From positions 6,752,001 through 6,816,000 of the forward strand of contig CP086569.2 in the NCBI GenBank assembly GCA_009914755.4: a stretch of DNA of 64,000 bases, written 5' to 3'. Position 1 is the first letter of the stretch. Each line of letters starts with the position of its first letter. A program made the position numbers and the translations under genes. Below are positions 50,454 to 64,000 of the stretch, piece by piece. The notes beneath the pieces are model-generated. The model saw nothing but the letters and a program-made list of their open reading frames with translations. It was not told where the DNA came from and did no database searches. Source of the DNA: the human T2T-CHM13v2.0 reference genome, Homo sapiens.

Positions 50454-51076
50454 CAGATCTTTTATCTTATCCTATTTCTAGATGCCAACAGACATTACTC
50501 CTTGCTATCATCCAAGCACCAACAATCTTGGCAGCACCCAAGAGCTGGTTAGGAAGAAACACAATCTAGACCCAACCAGCCCTCTGAAATAACTTTCTGT
50601 ATTTTCACACAAGTGCCCCAGTGATCTCTTTCCAAGTTAACACTCAAGGAGCTATGTCTAGGGACAGAGCATTTTCTCAATCCATAGTGCAACTCCTTGG
50701 GCTAGACCAGTGATTTCCAATCAAGGAAAATTCTGCCCCTGCAGGGAATACTTGTCAACCTCTGGAGGACATTTTTGGTTGTCATAACTTGAGGTGGAGG
50801 GGCTGCTACTGGATCCTAGTGGGTGGACACCAAGGATATTCCTAAACATCCTGCAGTCCACAGGCCAGCCCCCACCACAAAGAATGAATGACACAGTCTC
50901 AAATGTCAATGGTACAGACACTTGCCTAGAGACAACTGCCTAGAGGCTAGAGGAACCAAAATTCTCCTGTGTACTTCCCATAATAAGCAACTGGTTCATC
51001 CTAAAGTTATCTACTGTGAATTAAGGTGCTTTTCATCTATTCCTTCTGATAGTTTATTGGAAATACTGCTTTCTGA

Positions 51077-51770
<694 letters not shown>

Positions 51771-52851
51771 GAAGCACTTCTTGGGTGTCAAAGGTGTTTA
51801 TCCCAAGTGATTTTCTTGGGGCTGCCGTAATACAGTATCACAATCTGAGCAGCTTAAAACAAGAGGAATTTATCATTTCCCAGTCCCAGAGGCCAGGAGT
51901 CTGAAATCAAGGAATGTTGGGGCTGTGCTCCCTCTGGAGGTTCTAGGGGAGGCTCCTTCCTCCCTCTCTCAGCTCCTGGGGGCTCCAGGCATCCTCAGGC
52001 TTGTGGCCGCATGCCTCCAGTCTCTGCCTCCATCTCCAAGTGGCCTTCTTCTCTGTGTCTGTGTCTCCTCTTTTGTCTCTTAGAAGGATACCTGACATTG
52101 GATGCAGGACCCTCTCTAACCCAGGATGAGCTCATTTTGGAATCCTTCTCATCCTCTGAACACAGTAAAAACATATCCTCTCTGTTGTACAGCACCTTTT
52201 ATAATCCATTTCACATCAAAAAGTTTATCATCATTTCCCTGTTGCAGTTTCTACTTCTCAGGTACTTTTCACAGCCCATCTGTATCTTCTTTTCTTCTTT
52301 AAACTTCTTCTTCCTATCTAATCCTATGCTTCACACAGAATTGGCACATGGGATCCAAATGGCACACTGCTATTTATTTAAATCTAAGATTGCAGATCTG
52401 GAAGAAATCATGAATAATCTAGTCCAGGTGTCCTGAGTCGTAGGTTAAAAAACATCTCAAGTGGAATCAACCCAAATGACCATCAGTGGATGAAGAAAAA
52501 CACAACATGGTCCATCCACACAAGGGAACATGATGCAACCCTAAGGAGGAATGGGGCTCAGACACAGGCTACAGTGTGGGTGCACCTGAATAACAGCACA
52601 CTCAGCAAAGCAAGTCAGACACAAAAGACTATGTGGTATATGATGCCATTTATATAAAGTGTCCCAAATAGTCAAATCCACAAAGACAGAAAATACATGG
52701 TCATTAGGGGCCGGGGAGGTGGAATGGGAAGTGACTGCTACTGGGTACAGGGTCCCGTTTTGGAAATATGAAAATGCTCTGGAACTAGATAGAGATGTGA
52801 TTACGAAAATACTAAATCTCACTGAGTTGTACACTTTAAAATGGTGAATTT

Positions 52852-53169
52852 CACCAGGTGCAGCAGCTCTTGCCTGTAATCCCAACACTTTGGCAGTCCA
52901 AGGTGGTGGATCACCTGAGGTCAGGAGTTCGAGACCAGCCTGACCAACGTGGTGAAACCCCGTCTCTACTGAAAATACAAAACTAGCTGGGCATGGTGGT
53001 GGGTGCCTGTAATTCCAGGTACTCAGGAGGCTGAGGCAGGAGAATTGCTTGAAACCAGGAGGCAGAGGTTGCAGTGAGCCAAGATTATACCACTGCACTA
53101 CAGCTTGGGCAACAGAGTGAGACTCTGTCTCAAAAATAAATAAATAAATAAATAATAAAAATAACAAAA
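52852..53169 (+). mobile_element. Alu SINE with a 15-bp target-site duplication and an (AAAT)n tail
   Basis: 'aaaatggtgaatttc' is present at 52837-52851 and 'aaaatggtgagtttc' at 53166-53180. Confidence 0.95.
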
Positions 53170-53270
53170 TGGTGAGTTTCATGTTCTATAAATTTCCTCT
53201 CCATAGAGAAAAAATTAGTCTTCTCCTAACTCTGAAAGCCTACGGTGGGCATCACCCCAAAAGTTAAGAG

Positions 53271-53582
53271 CCAGGGCCAGGCACAGTGGCTCACACATGT
53301 AATCTCAGCATTTTGGGAGGCCTAAGGAAAAGGATCACTAGAGCTCAGGAGCTCAAGACCAGCCAAGGCAACACAGCAAGACCCCATCCTTACAAAAAAT
53401 AAAATAAAAAACTAACTGGGCATGGTAGAGCACACCTGTAGTCTGAGGAACTCAGGAGGCTAAGCTGGGAGGATCACTTCAGCCCAGGAAGTCAAGGCTG
53501 CAGTGAACCATGATTGCACAACCACACTCCAGCCTGGGCAACAGAGCAAGACCTCATCTCCAAAAAAAGTTCAATTTAAAAA
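53271..53582 (+). mobile_element. Alu SINE (AluJ-like) with a target-site duplication
   Basis: 'aaagttaagagc' is present at 53259-53270 and at 53583-53594. Confidence 0.9.
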
Positions 53583-53591
53583 GAAAGTTAA

Positions 53592-54290
<699 letters not shown>

Positions 54291-54643
54291 TGCATGGCTT
54301 CATCTTAAAAGATTTATCTGTGCAACTCTTTGGGGAAATTTGCAAACAAATGTTTCTGTCCAGCCACTGGGAATTTGAAAGATGTTTTATTTTATTTTAT
54401 TTTTTTTATTATTACTATTATTATTATTATTATTTTTAATTATACTTTAAGTTTTAGGGTACATGTGCACATTGTGCAGGTTAGTTACATATGTATGCAT
54501 GTGCCATGCTGGTGCGCTGCACCCACTAACTCGTCATCTAGCATTAGGTATATCTCCCAATGCTATCCCTCCCCCCTCCCCCGTCCCCACCACAGTCCCC
54601 AGAGTGTGATATTCCCCTTCCTGTGTCCATGTGATCTCATTGT

Positions 54644-58470
<3,827 letters not shown>

Positions 58471-58533
58471 TATGATGTTAGCTGGTGATTTTGCTCGTTA
58501 GTTGATGCAGTTTCTTCCTAGTCTTGATGGTCT

Positions 58534-59550
58534 TTACATTTTGGCATGATTTTGCAGCGGCTGGTACCGGTTGTTCCTTTCCATGTTTAGCGCTTCCTTC
58601 AGGAGCTCTTTTAGGGCAGGCCTGGTGGTGACAAAATCTCTCAGCATTTGCTTGTCTGTAAAGTATTTTATTTCTCCTTCACTTATGAAGCTTAGTTTGG
58701 CTGGATATGAAATTCTGGGTTGAAAATTCTTTTCTTTAAGAATGTTGAATATTGGCCCCCACTCTCTTCTGGCTTGTAGGGTTTCTGCCGAGAGATCCGC
58801 TGTTAGTCTGATGGGCTTCCCTTTGAGGGTAACCCGACCTTTCTCTCTGGCTACCCTTAACATTTTTTCCTTCATTTCAACTTTGGTGAATCTGACAATT
58901 ATGTGTCTTGGAGTTGCTCTTCTCGAGGAGTATCTTTGTGGCGTTCTCTGTATTTCCTGAATCTGAACGTTGGCCTGCCTTGCTAGATTGGGGGAGTTCT
59001 CCTGGATAATATCCTGCAGAGTGTTTTCCAACTTGGTTCCATTCTCCCCATCACTTTCAGGTACACCAATCAGATGTAGATTTGGTCTTTTCACATAGTC
59101 CCATATTTCTTGGAGGCTTTGCTCATTTCTTTTTATTCTTTTTTCTCTAAACTTCCCTTTTTGCTTCATTTCATTCATTTCATCTTCCACTGCTGATACC
59201 CTTTCTTCCAGTTGATCGCATCGGCTCCTGAGGCTTCTGCATTCTTCATGTAGTTCTCGAGCCTTGGTTTTCAGCTCCATCAGCTCCTTTAAGCACTTCT
59301 CTGTATTGGTTATTCTAGTTATACATTCTTCTAAATTTTTTTCAAAGTTTTCAACTTCTTTGCCTTTGGTTTGAATGTCCTCCCGTAGCTCAGAGTAATT
59401 TGATCATCTGAAGCCTTCCTCTCTCAGCTCGTCAAAATCATTCTCCATCCAGCTTTGTTCCGTTGCTGGTGAGGAACTGCGTTCCTTTGGAGGAGGAGAG
59501 GCGCTCTGCGTTTTAGAGTTTCCAGTTTTTCTGTTCTGTTTTTTCCCCAT
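58534..59550 (-). pseudogene. L1 ORF1, with a single CpG-transition nonsense codon
   Basis: The ATG is at 59548-59550 (reverse complement). The translation reads 'MGKKQNRKTGNSKTQSASPPPKERSSSPATEQSWMENDFDELREEGFR*'. The stop is TGA at 59404-59406, where consensus has CGA. Downstream, the 248-aa ORF 58534-59280 matches the ORF1p C-terminal two-thirds. Confidence 0.9.
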
Positions 59551-60005
59551 CTTTGTGGTTTTATCTACTTTTGGTCTTTGATGATGGTGATGTACAGATG
59601 GGTTTTTGGTGTGGATGTCCTTTCTGTTTGTTAGTTTTCCTTCTAACAGACAGGACCCTCAGCTGCAGGTCTGTTGGAATACCCTGCCGTGTGAGGTGTC
59701 AGTGTGCCCCTGCTGGGGGGTGCCTCCCAGTTAGGCTGCTCTGGGGTCAGGGGTCAGGGACCCACTTGAGGAGGCAGTCTGCCCGTTCTCAGATGTCCAG
59801 CTGCATGCTGGGAGAACCACTGCTCTCTTCAAAGGTGTCAGACAGGGACATTTAAGTCTGCAGAGGTTACTGCTCTCTTTTTGTTTGTCTGTGCCCTGCC
59901 CCCAGAGGTGGAGCCTACAGAGGCCTGCAGGCCTCCTTGAGCTGTGGTGGGCTCCACCCAGTTTGAACTTCCGGGCTGCTTTGTTTACCTAAGCAAGCCT
60001 GGGCA

Positions 60006-60221
60006 ATGGCGGGCGCCCCTCCCCCAGCCTCGCTGCCGCCTTGCAGTTTGATCTCAGACTGCTGTGCTAGCAATCAGCGAGATTCCGTGGGCGTAGGACC
60101 CTCCGAGCCAGGTGTGGGATATAGTCTCGTGGTGCGCCGTTTTTTAAGCCGGTCTGAAAAGCGCAATATTCGGGTGGGAGTGACCCGATTTTCCAGGTGT
60201 GTCCGTCACCCCTTTCTTTGA
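60006..60221 (+). CDS. Candidate L1 ORF0 (primate-specific antisense ORF in the L1 5' UTR), 71 aa, uninterrupted
   Basis: The ORF lies on the strand antisense to the L1, at L1 positions about 236-451. I recall that location and the 71-aa length for ORF0. The peptide is 'MAGAPPPASLPPCSLISDCCASNQRDSVGVGPSEPGVGYSLVVRRFLSRSEKRNIRVGVTRFSRCVRHPFL'. Confidence 0.5.
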   Translation: MAGAPPPASLPPCSLISDCCASNQRDSVGVGPSEPGVGYSLVVRRFLSRSEKRNIRVGVTRFSRCVRHPFL

Positions 60222-60833
60222 CTCGGAAAGGGAACTCCCTGACCCCTTGCGCTTCCCAGGTGCGGCAATGCCTCGCCCTGCTTCGGCTCGCACACGGTGT
60301 GCGCACCCACTGGCTTGCGCCCACTGTCTGGCACTCCCTAGTGAGATGAACCCGGTACCTCAGATGGAAATGCAGAAATCACCCGTCTTCTGCATCGCTC
60401 ACGCTGGGAGCTGTAGACTGGAGCTGTTCCTATTCAGCCATCTTGGCTCCTCCCCCTCAAGATGTTTAAATCCTATTGATTTTACAACCTTTCACAGGTT
60501 TCCTAGAAGACAACAACACAGAAACCTGATGGACCTGTAGAAGGGAGGGGTAATATAGAATTAGCAGAATGTTTATAAATTAAGATCCATATTTATTTAT
60601 AATATAATAACATTGGCCTCATCATGAAAAAAGTGCAGGTAAGTGGCACACCAATTATATCCTAGTTAGAAGTAACAAACAATCAGTGGTGTGAAAAGAT
60701 AATTCTACTTATCATGTGGTTAGAAACATCTGAAAGTACCTCAAGCATATAGAGCTTCCAGTGCTGGCTGACCTGGGGAGAAAACTATGAGTTTTCAATT
60801 CTGTCCCAGCATGTCCCTGAAGTTTTCACTTAC

Positions 60834-61160
60834 TTTTCTGGTGTGGGTGGGGGGGAGGGAGGTGGCGGGGGGATTGGAGGGCAGGGGCTCCATCTGTTGC
60901 CCAGGCTGGAGTGCAGTGACATGATCATAACTCACTACATTCTCAAACACCCAGTCTCAAGTAATCCTCCCACCTTCCAGCCTCCCAAGTAGCTGGGACC
61001 ACAGACATGCACCACTGTACCTGGCTAATTTCAAATTTTTGGTAAAGACAAGGTCTTATTATGTTGTCCAAACTGGTTTCAAATTCCTGGGCTCAAGGAA
61101 TCCTCTGCCCTTGCCTTCCAGAGAGCTAAGGTTATGGGCATGAGCCACTGTGCCCCGACT
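60834..61160 (-). mobile_element. Alu SINE (AluJ-like) with a 10-bp target-site duplication. Its tail is G-rich on the plus strand, not poly-T
   Basis: 'tttcacttac' is present at 60824-60833 and at 61161-61170. The Alu body at 60885-61160 reads 'ggggctccatctgttgcccaggctggagtgcagtgacatgatcataactcac...'. Confidence 0.85.
60838..60890 (+). repeat. G-rich tract with six or more runs of three or more Gs (G-quadruplex candidate), forming the atypical tail of the adjacent Alu
   Basis: 'ggtgtgggtgggggggagggaggtggcggggggattggagggcagggg'. Confidence 0.8.
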
Positions 61161-61334
61161 TTCACTTACATATTTTGGAAATAAGTTGCATCCCACTAGA
61201 GAAGTCCCAGCATCTGCAGGTGCTGTATAGGATGATGATTAAGTTCTTCCTACTCCATCAAGACCACCAGACAAAGGAAAGAGAGCACACTGCTACAGGC
61301 TGTAGCAGGTGTTATGGACTGAACCATGTCTCTT

Positions 61335-61960
61335 CAAAATTCATATTTGGAAACCCTAACCCTAATGTGGCTGTATTTGGAGATAGAGTCTATCAGCAGA
61401 TAATAAAGACTCAATGAGCTCATAGGTGTGGGGCCCTCATCCTATAGGACTGGTGTCCTCATAAGAAGATGAAGAGAGATTCTCTCTCTCTCTTTCTCTT
61501 TTATTGTAATAAGAACCCTTAATATGAGATTTACCCTCTTAAATACTTAAGTACACAATACTGTATTGTTAACTATAGGCATGATTCTGTACAGTAGATC
61601 AGAGCTTGTATGTCTTGCATAACTGAAACTCTGTACCCACTAAACAATTCCCCATTCCTTCTTCTGCCAACCCTGGACAACCACAATTCCTTCATTATCT
61701 CTCTCTCTCTCTCCCTTTCTCTCTCTCTCCCCCTTTCCCTCTCTCTCTCTTTCTCTCTCTCTCTCTTTTTCCACCAATGCTTTTCTGCTTTAGGACAAAG
61801 GAAAGGCCATGTGAGGATACAGTGAGAAGGTGGCCATCTGCCAGCCAGGAAAAGAGTCCTCACCAGACCCCAATCTTAACAGCATCCTGTTCTTGGACTT
61901 CCAGCCTGCAGAACTGTGAGAAAATAAATTTCTGAGGACTGTGGGACCTAGCAGACTAAT
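61335..61960 (+). mobile_element. MaLR LTR (MLT1/MST-type) with an expanded internal (CT)n and extra internal sequence
   Basis: 5' region reads 'ttcatatttggaaaccctaaccctaatgtggctgtatttggagatagagtc ... gtggggccctcatcctataggactggtgtcctcataagaagat'. 3' region reads 'catgtgaggatacagtgagaaggtggccatctgccagccaggaaaagagtcctcaccagaccc...cttccagcctgcagaactgtgagaaaataaatttctg'. (CT)n lies at about 61690-61790. Confidence 0.7.
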
Positions 61961-62031
61961 ATGGTGAAGGTTTGTCCCCAGACAGGAATGCCTGAAGTTG
62001 GGACTCTCAGACTCAATAGAGCTGCATGTGT

Positions 62032-62407
62032 TCATTTTCACACTGCTATAAAGACATATCTGAGATGGAATAATTTATGGAGAAAAGAAGTTTAGCTTAC
62101 ATTTCCACAGGCTGTACAGGAGGCCTGGGTAGGGAGGCCTCAGAAAACATATAATCATGGTGGAAGTGAATGGGAAGCAGGCACAATCTCTACATGCCCA
62201 GCAGGAGAGAGAGAGAGAGAGAGAAGGGGGAAGTGTCACATACTTTTAAACAACTAGATCTTGTGAGAACTCAGTCACTACCACAAGAACATTAAGGAAG
62301 AAATCTGCCTCCATGATCCAATCATCTCCCACCAGATCCCTCCTCTAACACTGGGAATTACAATTCAGCATGAGATTTGGGTGGTGACACAAATCCAAAC
62401 CATATCA
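62032..62407 (-). mobile_element. MaLR LTR (THE1/MST-type)
   Basis: 'tcattttcacactgctataaagacatatctgagatggaataatttat' is the reverse complement of the THE1 3' end. The segment '...gggaattacaattcagcatgagatttgggtggtgacacaaatccaaaccatatca' is the reverse complement of the THE1 5' start 'tgatatggtttgg...'. A (GA)n run lies at 62207-62230. Confidence 0.75.
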
Positions 62408-62829
62408 AGAGCTAGGTCAGGATCAAGTCTCTGTCTCCTCATTTTATAAGGATAGCAAAAGCGTTAGCTGCAAGTTACTGAATTCACATGGTTTAACTGT
62501 AGAGACTCACCCAAACGTTATTTCAGAGACAACACAGGTAAGCTTTTTGAGACCAAGTTGTTTCCACAGGTAAGGAAAGATTAAACTATACACTGTTTGC
62601 AAAGCAGCTAACTTATGTATGATACACTATGCACAACTACCAGAAAAGAACACACAGGAAGATGCTGGAAATTAACTCAGTGGCTCCTCCTCTCTTCCAG
62701 ATGTGGTTTTAAAAAATGCCCATTTCCTGTTCCTCAAAAAATTAAAAATAAATCTGCCATGTGGCTGAGCAACCCTACTCATATTTTTCCAAATGAAATA
62801 AAATCAAGATCTTAAACAGACATCTGCAC

Positions 62830-63590
62830 CCCCATGTTCACTGCAGCATCATTCACTATAGAAAACATCTAAGTGTCCATGGATGGATGAATCGGTAAAG
62901 AAAATGTCATGCATATATACAGTGGAATCCTATTCAGCTTTAAGAAAGAAAGGCAACCAATCATTGGCAACAACACAGATAAACCTGGAGGACATTATGC
63001 TAAGCAGAATCAGCCAGGCACAGAAAGACAAATACTGCCATGTCTCACTTATATGCAGAGTATAAACTCATGAAACTCATAGAAGCAGAGGATGAATGGT
63101 GGTTGCCAGGTGCTCTGAGGAGTGGTAGTAGGAAGTTGTTCTGTGGGTATAAAGTTTCAGTTACACAAGACAAATAAGCTCTGATCTGCTGTCTACAACA
63201 CTGCACCTGTAGTTAATAATACCATATTCTGTACCACTCAGCCATAAAAAGGAATGAAATAATGGCAATAGCAGCAACCTGGAAGGAATTGGAGACCATT
63301 ATTCTAAGTTATGGAAAACCAAACATTGTATGCTTTTACTTATAAGCAGAAGCTAAGCTATGAGGATGCAAACGCGTAAGAATGGCATAATGGACTCTGG
63401 AGACTCAGGGGGAAGGGTGGGAGGGGTGAGGGATCAAAGAGGACACATTGGGTACAGTGCACACTGCTCAGGTGACAGGCGCACCAAAATCTCAGAAATC
63501 ACCGCTAAAGAACTTATCCATGTAACCAAACACTACATGTTTCCCAAAAACTATTCAAATAATTTTTAAAGAGTTAATTAAAAAGTAGTA
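62830..63590 (+). mobile_element. L1 3'-end fragments (older L1 segment followed by an L1P-type 3' end)
   Basis: The first segment 62830-63230 reads '...cactatagaaaacatctaagtgtccatggatggatgaatcggtaaagaaaatg...ggtggttgccaggtgctctgaggagtggtagtaggaagttgttctgtgggtataaagtttcagttacacaagacaaataag'. The second segment 63230-63590 reads '...cagccataaaaaggaatgaaataatggcaatagcagcaacctggaaggaattggagaccattattctaag...'. Confidence 0.8.
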
Positions 63591-64000
63591 ATAATTCTGT
63601 ATTTGGTACTTAAAAATTGAGAAGATAAATTTCATGTTAGGAATTCTTACTGCAATTTTTTTTAATGTCTGTTTCCTAGTTCCATCCAAATCTTCTGATC
63701 TGCCAGTATCTGACTCTCTATCACCTAAGAATTTCCTCCAATGGCCCCCACTAAGAAGTCACACGTCCTGCTTAGCATGGGATACCTGCAGCTTTATTTC
63801 AGGTCACACAGGCTAATGTCAGGGAATCCACTACTCTCTGTGGAACCATAGGTACACAGCATTTCTTAAGTTCAAGATGTCTCTATAATTCCACTGGCTT
63901 CTCTTGTCATCGTCCAATTCCATGCCATACTGAAGTTTGAGGAGCTTCATTCTTTTGTTTTCCAATTCACTTTAGAAAAAAAATTAAATAAATAAAACGC

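Noticed and set aside
52541-53182. A 213-aa ORF on the minus strand, among the longest non-L1 ORFs in the track
   Set aside because: Most of it is an antisense reading of the Alu at 52852-53169 and its flanks. The peptide '[43 protein letters not shown]' is a characteristic Alu-encoded peptide. Similar Alu-derived ORFs occur at 13418-13813, 16471-16866, 24811-25221, 43564-43923 and 53812-54222.

Overview
This window is primate, almost certainly human, nuclear DNA. The diagnostic evidence is roughly 45 Alu copies, three multi-kb L1 insertions, several MaLR LTRs and a degraded class I (gamma-like) endogenous retrovirus. It is not a prokaryotic locus, and it contains no operon, CRISPR array or defense system. 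Interspersed repeats make up at least 60% of the window: L1 about 17 kb, Alu about 13 kb, LTR/ERV about 5 kb. I could not support any host protein-coding exon, rRNA or tRNA from sequence alone. The long ORFs in the six-frame track are L1 ORF1/ORF2/ORF0 or ERV pol/env remnants, or antisense or in-frame readings of Alu elements. The main features are:
- A full-length, young L1PA2-like or pre-Ta L1 on the minus strand (54388-60456) with a clean target-site duplication. It has only three inactivating lesions and an intact ORF0.
- A head-to-head pair of older L1s (30165-34919 minus, 34920-40620 plus) that forms a 4.7 kb quasi-palindrome.
- A 5'-truncated ERV (integrase C-terminus, env and 3' LTR, 7900-10924) that abuts an inverted copy of its own LTR (7436-7909). 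Both LTR copies carry tandem arrays of AP-1 consensus sites.
- An LTR12-like (HERV9-type) LTR carrying a nested Alu, sitting between direct copies of a (GT)n-containing segment of about 90 bp.
- An inverted Alu pair with a 32 bp spacer.
- An Alu whose tail is a G-quadruplex-prone tract.
- A tandem array of Alu fragments next to an AT-rich minisatellite.
All coordinates are approximate to within about 10 bp. All family assignments are from memory of consensus sequences, not database searches.
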